Positions 1 through 7,783 of a stretch of 13,823 nt of DNA are shown piece after piece; the stretch's first letter is position 1, and each line of letters opens with the position of its first letter. The DNA comes from Gemmatimonadota bacterium. GTDB lineage: Bacteria > Gemmatimonadota > Gemmatimonadetes > Gemmatimonadales > GWC2-71-9. The translations under genes and the position numbers were made by a program. The notes under the pieces were generated by a model. That model saw only the letters and a list, made by a program, of their open reading frames with translations. It made no database searches and was not told where the DNA came from. Location: NCBI GenBank assembly GCA_036679605.1, contig JAZDCZ010000222.1, forward strand, positions 1 to 13,823. The letters run 5' to 3'.

Positions 1-1
1 C

Positions 2-1183
2 GGTCGTGCCCTTACGCTTGTACGCAAAGGGACCGTGGACCGTGTCGATGTAGGCACGCAATATTATCATTCGACGTACACCCGAGCCCTGGACTTGATC
101 CGTGAGGTCGGCCTGCAGGGTACGATCTCGAAAATCAAGGGTAAAACCCGTTTCTTCGATGATCGAGTAGCCGGCGGTTCGTTCCTTCTCGGACATCGAG
201 CGCCGTGGTTCAAGCCGGTCGGCGTAGGCGGTAACGCCAGACTCGGACTGTTCCTCGTTCGTTTATTGCGCAACCGTATGGACACGTTCGCGTTGGAAGA
301 ACAGTCGCGTCTCGACGGGCAGGAGGCGCTCGAGGTCATCAAGGATCCGGCGGTAATCGAGTTCTGCGTGCGATCGTTGACTGTCGCGGGCGCGATTACC
401 GAGCCCGAGGAAATGCGTGTCAGTGTTTTGCACGTCCTCCGATTGATTCGGATTATTCTAATGACCGACTACCTCTCGCTTTCCGGCGGTATTGCGGCGT
501 TACATCACGCGCTTGCGGATCGGCTCGACGTTAAACTGGAAACCCCCGTTTCAAGGTTGATCGAAGAAAATGGGCAGGTCGTGGGCGTCGAGCTGGAGAG
601 TGGGAAAAAGGCCGTCAAGGCCGCCCATGTGGTGGTCGCGACCACGCCGCCGACGGCGCTACGGTTGGTCCCCGACGATTGGGCAAAGGAACGAGAGTTT
701 CTGGCGAGTGTTACGATTCCTCCCTTCGCTTTTCCCACGTTTTTTCTCGACCGACCGTTCGAAAAAAATGTCTGGTCTTATATGGCCCAGTATCGCAAGG
801 GCAAGACTATCAGCGTCATACTCGATGCGGCACAAAAAAACCCCGCCATGGTTCCCTCCGGCAAGGCCGTGATTCAGCCCTGGCCCTGCTATCCGGTCTC
901 GCAACGTTTTCAGAACGTCGCCGACGATATCATCGTTGATGCCTGTCTTGCCGAACTCGACGAATATTTCCCGGGCTTTTCTTCGTGGGTTGAAGAGGTG
1001 CACGTCACGCGCCATCCGTTTGCGGTGCCGTTTCATCCTGTTGGGCACCAACGGCGCGCGATGGAGTTCATTGCCAACGTTGATCGTCGTGCCGGTGTTT
1101 CATTCTGTGGAGATTACCTGTCGGGCGGCTATCTCGAACCTGCACTGTGGAGCGCGGAGCGTGCCGCCGAACGTTTCGGCTGA
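2..1183 (+). CDS. FAD-dependent oxidoreductase, flavin amine oxidase / protoporphyrinogen oxidase (HemY-like) family; 5'-truncated by window edge
   Basis: The frame is open from base 2 (GRALTLVRKGTVDRVDVGTQYY). This matches the GGR-x-T...D-x-G-(A/T)-Q segment that follows the Rossmann GxGxxG, so the true start is off-window and not at 35. Also present: GGIAALHHALA, VVVATTPP, and the C-terminal FAD motif FCGDYLSGGYLEPALWSAERAA. Stop TGA 1181-1183. Confidence 0.85.
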   Translation, partial: GRALTLVRKGTVDRVDVGTQYYHSTYTRALDLIREVGLQGTISKIKGKTRFFDDRVAGGSFLLGHRAPWFKPVGVGGNARLGLFLVRLLRNRMDTFALEEQSRLDGQEALEVIKDPAVIEFCVRSLTVAGAITEPEEMRVSVLHVLRLIRIILMTDYLSLSGGIAALHHALADRLDVKLETPVSRLIEENGQVVGVELESGKKAVKAAHVVVATTPPTALRLVPDDWAKEREFLASVTIPPFAFPTFFLDRPFEKNVWSYMAQYRKGKTISVILDAAQKNPAMVPSGKAVIQPWPCYPVSQRFQNVADDIIVDACLAELDEYFPGFSSWVEEVHVTRHPFAVPFHPVGHQRRAMEFIANVDRRAGVSFCGDYLSGGYLEPALWSAERAAERFG

Positions 1184-1199
1184 GACCGCGACGATAGAT

Positions 1200-1228
1200 C
1201 TGACTCGACCGGTGTCGTTTGCTATAAA
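1200..1228 (+). promoter_or_regulatory. Putative sigma70-type promoter with extended -10 for the dihaem cytochrome c gene
   Basis: CTGACT (1200-1205, 4/6 to TTGACA), 17-bp spacer, TG at 1220-1221, TATAAA (1223-1228, 5/6 to TATAAT), all inside a 51-bp intergenic gap. Confidence 0.5.
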
Positions 1229-1234
1229 GGCGAC

Positions 1235-2266
1235 GTGAACAAGACGCTTTTCTCCGTGCTTCTGCCGATGGTTTTGGTGTTTGGCGGCGCGATTCCATGC
1301 GGCTCTGAGGTGCTGCCCGCCGAACACGCTTCGGCCGCAGTCTACGCGAGGGGTCTGCTACTCGCGTCAATCGATTCGGATCTGCGCATCGCGCCTGTGC
1401 GAATCCGTCAGTGGCCGGCGGTACGGGCCTGGATGCAGGGCAGGGTCATCGATCGTTCGCCGACGATGCAACCGGTCTATTCGCGAGCCGCTATGGCGGC
1501 ATACGGAGGAAAAGTCTTCGCCATGTACTGTGTGAACTGTCACGGTACCGGGGGGCGAGGAGACGGACCAAGGGCCCCTGTGTTCGAGCCTAGGCCGCGC
1601 GATTTTACCCGTGGGGTGTTCAAGTTTCGCTCGACTCCTTCAGGGGAGTTCCCCACGCGCGAGGATTTGTTTCGAACCATCACCGGCGGTTTGCAAGGGA
1701 CCGGCATGCCGACTTTCGCGGATCTTCCTGAGATGGAACGTTGGGCTTTGGTGGAATACGTTCGCAGACTGTCGCCGGAGTTCGCACGTGCACAGGAGCC
1801 CACCCCGCTAGAATTGTCGGCCGTACCGGCTCAGCTATCCACGCGCGCTTCCGATGGTAAACGGGTATTTCAAAGCGCCCAGTGCGTGAGTTGTCACGGC
1901 GAACACGGTACCGGCGACGGGCCGTCTGCCGCCACCCTTACCGATGCCGACGGCGCCCGCGTACTGACACCTAACTTTGCCACCCGTCCTTTCAAGTATG
2001 GGACTGCTCCGGAGACTATTTTCCGAACGCTCGTGACCGGGCTCGACGGTACGCCGATGCCGAGTTACGCTGACAGTTTGAACGAGGAAGAGCTGTGGAA
2101 CGTTGTGGCCTACTTAGGCGCTCTTGCCGGCGATCTTTCCTCGCCCCTGGTGACCGTCCGCGACGTGGTTGAAGCACGCGAGTTTGTGCGCGGCCAGCGA
2201 GCCCAGGCCTCGCACGCGTTGGTTGGCGGTTGCGGCTGTGCGGCGCGCAAAGCCGCCAAACCCTGA
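1235..2266 (+). CDS. Exported dihaem cytochrome c (two class I domains, His/Met ligation)
   Basis: N-terminal signal-like segment (MNKTLFSVLLPMVLVFGG). CXXCH motifs CVNCH (1529-1543) and CVSCH (1883-1897), each followed by GxGDGPxA and a distal GTxMP Met motif. The two halves are clearly paralogous. Confidence 0.9.
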   Translation: MNKTLFSVLLPMVLVFGGAIPCGSEVLPAEHASAAVYARGLLLASIDSDLRIAPVRIRQWPAVRAWMQGRVIDRSPTMQPVYSRAAMAAYGGKVFAMYCVNCHGTGGRGDGPRAPVFEPRPRDFTRGVFKFRSTPSGEFPTREDLFRTITGGLQGTGMPTFADLPEMERWALVEYVRRLSPEFARAQEPTPLELSAVPAQLSTRASDGKRVFQSAQCVSCHGEHGTGDGPSAATLTDADGARVLTPNFATRPFKYGTAPETIFRTLVTGLDGTPMPSYADSLNEEELWNVVAYLGALAGDLSSPLVTVRDVVEAREFVRGQRAQASHALVGGCGCAARKAAKP

Positions 2267-2280
2267 GTTGGCGGCTTTTT
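2249..2280 (+). terminator. Rho-independent terminator overlapping the cytochrome c stop codon
   Basis: Perfect 11-bp inverted repeat AAAGCCGCCAA (2249-2259) / TTGGCGGCTTT (2268-2278), with an 8-nt loop containing the TGA stop and a T5 tract at 2276-2280. Confidence 0.75.
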
Positions 2281-2689
2281 CGGCCAGGCCTGTTCAGGCT
2301 TGTTCGACCCCCCCTACTGAGGCACGTTGGCCATGCCCACTTTGAGTGCAGGCTGCTCGTTCGACCGACCTTTTCTCTTGCTAACTCCCCTATGTAAACG
2401 ACTGTCAACGACCTGGATACTAACGAGTTTCTGCGATCTTTGATGCCCAATGGTAAGGGTTCACCATAACCTACCGTGGCTTGGACTGTGACAGGCGGCA
2501 TTTTCGCTGGACTGAGACTTTTCGGTACGGTAAGGGAAACAGCTGAGTCTGTACCGATTTGTACCGGCGCATGGTCGAATGCTGGCAAGGTTCGACGATG
2601 TGGGGCCGCGCTTCAGGGGCAGGGGTCGGAAAGACTCACGGGGGTACTGATGCGTAACGCAGGTCTTCGGCCCAGGCGTTCGGGGGGAT

Positions 2690-5600
2690 TTGAGGGGGGC
2701 TCAGAGTCCGGCGGTCGTTGCACCGCGGGGCCTCGTGCTTAGATTTGTGGATCGGCTGATCCGAGGTATTCTGCCGGCTGCGGCGGCCTGCCTGATCTGC
2801 ACCTTTCCCGTTGACGCTTTAGCGACGCTGACCGTGAACCCCGAACAGCCGTTGGCGGTTGGTGACGAGTACGATCAACCGAGCGGCAGCGTGAAATGCG
2901 CGCGCACCCTGACCGCTGACGTCGTCGCGTTGGATCAAGTCATCTTTTTCAACCGCCTCGACGTCTTCTTGCCGAGCGGAATGATCTATGCGCTTCGCCG
3001 CGACGTCGAGCCCATATCCGGGACCACCATCGGTCCCGGCAACGTTCAGTTGAGAGTCGACAAACGACCGCGTCCCCTGGTTCTGCGGCTGAATGTCGGC
3101 GACTGCCTGCAGGTCAACTTTACCAACCTGCTCGCGAGCAGCCGCGTCGACTCTAACCAGCCAGCGACGAGATCCGCTTCCATGATGGTCGACGGCTTGT
3201 CGCTCGTGGGCTCGATCGCTTCAGCCGGCGCCCATGTCGGCGCGAATCCGAGTAGCCTGGTGATGCCCGGCGAGACTACGGCCTACACCTGGTATGGCTC
3301 GAAGAGGGGATCGTTTCTCGTGCATTCAGCCGGTGCCATGACCGGCGGCGAAGGCAACGGTGGCCAGCCGGACCACGGCTTGTTCGGCGTGGTTACCGTC
3401 GAGCCAGCCGGCTCGGTGTGGTACCGCAGCCAAGTTACGACCGCGGAACTCGCCCTCGCTACCGTCGGCGCCGGTCCGGGTTCTTCACCTCCATCTCTCC
3501 CTCAGATCGATTACGACGTAGTTTATCCGCCCGGGCACAACTTCGCCGGGCGGCCCGTCCTGCGCATTCTCGACGGCAACGAAATCTTCCACAGCGACCT
3601 CACGGCCATCATTGCCAACATTCCGGCGGGGACGTTTCCGAATGTGACGGCGTCGGCGCCGGATAACAACGGAATCGTGCGTGGCCGCGACGATCCCTTC
3701 CGAGAGATTACGGTGGTCTACCACGATGAGAACGAGCTGATACAGGCCTTTCCGGTTCTGGAGACCGAGTTCTTCGCTCAGAGTATTCGCGACAACATGG
3801 CGATCAACTACGGGACCGGCGGTATCGGCGCGGAGATTATTTCCTACGGTGCCGATACTATAGAGACCGGTCCCTTCGGGTCACCGCACATCCCCGCCGG
3901 CAATTCGGCTAAATGCAACGACTGCAAGTATGAAGATGCGTTCCTCTCGGCCTGGGCAGTGGGGGAGCCGGCAATGGTCGTCGAGCGTGCGCCGGCCGGC
4001 GTGGGAGAACCGAGTGCGACGGGAGCCGCTCTACAGGCTCTGTATCAGGATGATCCGTCCAACGTCTATCACAGCTACCTGAACGACCACGTAAAGATGC
4101 GCGTCCTGCACGGTGGTGTCACGGAGTTTCACATTCATCACTTACACGCGCATCAGTGGCTGCACACCCAAGACAGCGACAACTCTAGCTATTACGATAG
4201 CCAAGCAATCGGTCCGGGCTCCTCGTTCACTCTCGACGTTGCCTACAATGGCGGCGGCAACCGCAACAAGACCCCCGGCGACTCGATCTTCCACTGTCAT
4301 TTCTATCCACATTTTGCCCAAGGCATGTGGGCTTTGTGGCGCAATCATGACGTGTTCGAGGATGGCACACGTACTCTACCCGATGCCGAGATCCCCGGCG
4401 GCGCACTGACGCCCGCCGTTGTGCCCATCCCGGGCCAGGCGATGGCGCCGCTGCCGACCACCGTCATGCCCGGCTATCCGTTCTATATCCCCGGTGTCGC
4501 CGGCCACCGCCCGCCGCACCCGCCTCTCGACACCGTCGATGATGGCGGCCTACCTCGCCACATGGTTGTCGGCGGTACAGTACTCGATGGCAGGCGGGGA
4601 CCCTTCGATCGTGAGGCCCTGCTCATGGATGCTGTCGCTCTCCCCGAGGACGGAACCGATCTCGAGAAAGCGGCTATGGCCTTCCACGCAAAACGCACCC
4701 ACCCGACTCTGACACCGGAAGGAACCCCGGCGACTTTCATAACCAACGGTCTACCGCCGGCCCCGGGTGCTCCCTATGCCGACCCATGCGTAGACGACAA
4801 CGGCGCCGTGACGGGAACGCCGCGTACGATCAAGGCTGCGGTGATGCAACTCGATGCCATCATCAATAAGTCCGGCTGGCACTTTCCGCAGACGCGAATG
4901 CTCTCGCTATGGGGAGACGTCGCCTCCTACCAAGCGGGCACGCGTGCACCGGAGCCGTTCTTCATGCGCGCGCACTCGGGAGACTGCATCGAGTACTATC
5001 ATACGAACCTGGTGCCGAACTTCTACGATGTCGACGACTTCCAGGTTTTTACGCCCACTGACATCCTTGGTCAACATATCCATCTTGTTAAATTCGATGT
5101 CACTTCGTCGGACGGTTCCGCTAACGGTTGGAACTACGAGGACGGAACCTTCAGCCCCGACGAAGTAATGGAGCGTATAAGGGCGATCAACGCTTTTGGA
5201 GGGCTCGATCCCGGCACTACGGCTGTGGACCCCACTCGCGTGACTCTGCAGGCCAAGTTGCACCCGTATTTCGGCGTGCTCGGCGCGCAGACCACAATAC
5301 AGCGCTGGTGGGCCGATCCGCTTCTCAATGCCGCCGGCGAAGACCGAACGATCCGCACGGTGTTTACCCACGATCATTTCGGGCCGTCTACTCACCAGCA
5401 GGTCGGTCTTTATGCGGGCCTTTTGATCGAACCGGCCGGTTCTACCTGGCGCGACTCGGAGACGGGCGTGGCAATGGGCGGACGCTTCGACGGCGGTCCG
5501 ACCAGTTGGCGAGCCGACATCCTCACCCAGGATCCGGCCGACAGCCACCGCGAGTTCATGCTGGAGTTCCAGGATTTCGCGCTCGCCTATACAGCCGATG

Positions 5601-7783
5601 GCACACCCGTCAATCCTCCCGGGCGCGTGGATATAGGTCTGCCGTTTATCATAGGGCCGCCCCCCACGCCGATGCCCGAGGCAATATCGGCCGATGACGT
5701 AGGGACGTTCACGATCAATTACCGAAACGAGCCTTTGGCCTTGCGCTTGCGCGACCCGGTAACCAACACCCAGGCGGCCGGAAAGGCCGGCGATCCCGCG
5801 TTCGCCTACAGCTCGAAGACTACTCGCGCCGACCCGGCGTTGAACAGCCAACCTTCGTTCTATCCGCCTCTGACGAAAGGCGTACAGCCTCTGGATCCGT
5901 TTACGCCGCTCATGCGTGCTTACGAAGGCGACAAGACCATCGTCCGTATGCTCACCGGGGCGACCGAAGAGGGGCACAATTTTACGATTCACGGCTTGCG
6001 CTGGCTGCACGAGGCCGACGATCCGACTTCGGGTTGGCGCAACGCGGAGATGAACGGAATCTCCGAACACTTCGAGTTCGAACTGGGGCCTTTGCCGCGC
6101 ATTGCCGGCCCTCCCAGGCGCCGAAAGATCACCGACTTTTTGTATCAGCCCGGCGCATCGGTCGACGATCAATGGAACGGCATGTGGGGCATATTGCGCG
6201 AGTACCGCGGCAAGCGAGGCGACCTATTGCCGCTACCGAACAACCTGGATGGCAAGTTGCCCTGGTCGACTCACATCAGGTCTCAGTTGAAGAACTGGCA
6301 GCGGGTCTGTCCCAGGACCGCCCCATGGAGGAAGTTCTGGATCAGCGCAGTGGCGGCAGCCGAGGTCGTCGGAGTGGACGGTGTGGTCTACAATAGCGGT
6401 CACGGTCTACACGACCCGACGGCTCTAATGTACGTGCTCGACAGCGACCTCGACGCGGCCGGGCGTCTGAAGCCCGGTACGCCGATAGAGCCGCTGATTC
6501 TGCGCGCCAACGCCGGCGACTGTGTAAAGATCACTCTCAGAAACCGGCTTCCCACGGTAGTTCCCGATTTCGACGGCTTCAATATGTTCCCTATGATTGT
6601 CAACAACTTCAACGCCAATCAGGTGCGCCCGTCTTCGCACGTTGGGCTGCATCTGCAGTTGGGTCACTACGACGTCGGCCGGCGTGACGGCATGAACGTC
6701 GGCTTGAACGTCCACCATACGCAACCTCCCGGGCCAAAGAAGCAAGATTACGTCATGTATGCCGGCTCGCTCGCAGTCGGCGAGGATGGGTGGGTCACGG
6801 CAACCCCGATCGAGTTCGGCGCGATCAATATGATACCGACCGATCCACTCAAGCAAAGCAGCAAGGGGCTGGTCGGTGGTTTGATAATTGAACCGAAGGG
6901 TTCGAGTTGGACCTTCCCCGAGGCCGGCACGAGGGCCACGGCCGATGTGTTTTCGCCGCGTGGTGTGTTCCGCGAGTTCGTCATGGTGACGCAGACCGAT
7001 ATTCAAATGGTCTTGCCCGACGGTACCCCGGTGCCCCGCGTAGGTGGAGCACCCGAAGACGCAGAGGATTCAGCCAACCGCGCCTTGAATTATCGCAGCG
7101 AGCCGATGTGGACGAGGGCGGGCTTCGATCCGGGGGCGGACTTCGAGACGACCAACGATATCGATTTCAGCGATGTCTTGAGCGAGGCCGGCGGTGGTGT
7201 GATCGAGACTCCGCTCTTTACCGCCGAGGTGGGTACGCCGGTCCGATTCCGCGTGCTGCAACCCCAAGGTCACCCGCGTAACCAGGTCATCTCTATCCAA
7301 GGGCACATGTGGCGTCACGAGCCCGGTAACCCCAACAGCAACGTAATCGGCAGCCAGGGTGGGCATGGGCCGGCGATGCATTGGGATATCATTCCTCTGC
7401 ACGGAGCCGGAGGAGCGTTCGGAATCGCCGGAGACTATCTGTATCGCGACCGCGCTTCCTTCGCGGTCGACGGCGGCACATGGGGGGTGTTCCGAGTCAC
7501 ACCCAAGGCCGGAGCGCTCAGAGTCCAGACGTCGCTTCCTGCTTACGCCGTCTACAGCTCGCCGGCGGGCGACAACTCGCTTACCGCGGCTATGCAGAGT
7601 GGTGGCGACGAAGGCTCGAGCCCGGCGCTGAGCGTGCTTTCGCAGGTCGAACAGAACGCTCTCGCTCAGCAATTGCTCGCCGAACTTCTGAGTGGGCGAA
7701 GACTCTCTCGAGCTGCTGCGGGTGCTGCAGAGATGAGCGAAATAGGCGGTAACGGTCAGTCCGATCCGACAGCGGTTCCATGA
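2690..7783 (+). CDS. mnxG: Large six-domain multicopper oxidase, MnxG type (putative Mn(II)/metal oxidase)
   Basis: Complete Cu ligand set in MnxG-like order: HIHHLHAHQW (4130-4159), FHCHFYPHFAQGMW (HCH 4292-4300, T1 axial Met 4325-4327), GQHIH (5075-5083), THDH (5369-5377). Repeated cupredoxin signatures (PLVLRLNVGDC, PFFMRAHSGDC, PLILRANAGDC; GLFG/GMWA/GLYA/GMWG/GLVG/GTWG). N-terminal hydrophobic signal-like stretch. The start is uncertain: TTG 2690 or GTG 2735. The symbol reflects family resemblance, not proven orthology. Confidence 0.88.
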   Translation: MRGAQSPAVVAPRGLVLRFVDRLIRGILPAAAACLICTFPVDALATLTVNPEQPLAVGDEYDQPSGSVKCARTLTADVVALDQVIFFNRLDVFLPSGMIYALRRDVEPISGTTIGPGNVQLRVDKRPRPLVLRLNVGDCLQVNFTNLLASSRVDSNQPATRSASMMVDGLSLVGSIASAGAHVGANPSSLVMPGETTAYTWYGSKRGSFLVHSAGAMTGGEGNGGQPDHGLFGVVTVEPAGSVWYRSQVTTAELALATVGAGPGSSPPSLPQIDYDVVYPPGHNFAGRPVLRILDGNEIFHSDLTAIIANIPAGTFPNVTASAPDNNGIVRGRDDPFREITVVYHDENELIQAFPVLETEFFAQSIRDNMAINYGTGGIGAEIISYGADTIETGPFGSPHIPAGNSAKCNDCKYEDAFLSAWAVGEPAMVVERAPAGVGEPSATGAALQALYQDDPSNVYHSYLNDHVKMRVLHGGVTEFHIHHLHAHQWLHTQDSDNSSYYDSQAIGPGSSFTLDVAYNGGGNRNKTPGDSIFHCHFYPHFAQGMWALWRNHDVFEDGTRTLPDAEIPGGALTPAVVPIPGQAMAPLPTTVMPGYPFYIPGVAGHRPPHPPLDTVDDGGLPRHMVVGGTVLDGRRGPFDREALLMDAVALPEDGTDLEKAAMAFHAKRTHPTLTPEGTPATFITNGLPPAPGAPYADPCVDDNGAVTGTPRTIKAAVMQLDAIINKSGWHFPQTRMLSLWGDVASYQAGTRAPEPFFMRAHSGDCIEYYHTNLVPNFYDVDDFQVFTPTDILGQHIHLVKFDVTSSDGSANGWNYEDGTFSPDEVMERIRAINAFGGLDPGTTAVDPTRVTLQAKLHPYFGVLGAQTTIQRWWADPLLNAAGEDRTIRTVFTHDHFGPSTHQQVGLYAGLLIEPAGSTWRDSETGVAMGGRFDGGPTSWRADILTQDPADSHREFMLEFQDFALAYTADGTPVNPPGRVDIGLPFIIGPPPTPMPEAISADDVGTFTINYRNEPLALRLRDPVTNTQAAGKAGDPAFAYSSKTTRADPALNSQPSFYPPLTKGVQPLDPFTPLMRAYEGDKTIVRMLTGATEEGHNFTIHGLRWLHEADDPTSGWRNAEMNGISEHFEFELGPLPRIAGPPRRRKITDFLYQPGASVDDQWNGMWGILREYRGKRGDLLPLPNNLDGKLPWSTHIRSQLKNWQRVCPRTAPWRKFWISAVAAAEVVGVDGVVYNSGHGLHDPTALMYVLDSDLDAAGRLKPGTPIEPLILRANAGDCVKITLRNRLPTVVPDFDGFNMFPMIVNNFNANQVRPSSHVGLHLQLGHYDVGRRDGMNVGLNVHHTQPPGPKKQDYVMYAGSLAVGEDGWVTATPIEFGAINMIPTDPLKQSSKGLVGGLIIEPKGSSWTFPEAGTRATADVFSPRGVFREFVMVTQTDIQMVLPDGTPVPRVGGAPEDAEDSANRALNYRSEPMWTRAGFDPGADFETTNDIDFSDVLSEAGGGVIETPLFTAEVGTPVRFRVLQPQGHPRNQVISIQGHMWRHEPGNPNSNVIGSQGGHGPAMHWDIIPLHGAGGAFGIAGDYLYRDRASFAVDGGTWGVFRVTPKAGALRVQTSLPAYAVYSSPAGDNSLTAAMQSGGDEGSSPALSVLSQVEQNALAQQLLAELLSGRRLSRAAAGAAEMSEIGGNGQSDPTAVP

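Noticed and set aside
35..1183. Start at 35 and a specific hemY/hemG call
   Set aside because: The frame is open upstream and the FAD-binding N-terminus is missing from the window. The motifs support only the family, not a haem-biosynthesis role.
2320..2336. AGGCACG...TGC as a sigma54 promoter
   Set aside because: GG-to-GC spacing is 12 rather than the required 10.
2290..2400. yybP-ykoY (Mn2+) riboswitch, suggested by minus-strand AGGGGAGTTAGC
   Set aside because: Wrong strand for the MCO, an extra base in the motif, and the other conserved elements (CGUC.., GAGACC/AAGACC) are not found in order.
2302..2596. GTTCGAC copies resembling tRNA T-loops or an integration site
   Set aside because: No flanking T-stem, cloverleaf or CCA end, and no integrase nearby.
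2016..2742. ORFs 2016-2588 (-) and 2476-2742 (+) in the MCO upstream gap
   Set aside because: No motifs or convincing RBS. The first overlaps the cytochrome c gene and its terminator, and the second looks like translated non-coding sequence.
4907..6172. 421-aa antisense ORF inside the MCO
   Set aside because: It lies fully opposite a motif-rich gene, has Arg/Gly-rich composition with no domain signature, and is a typical shadow ORF of GC-rich coding DNA.
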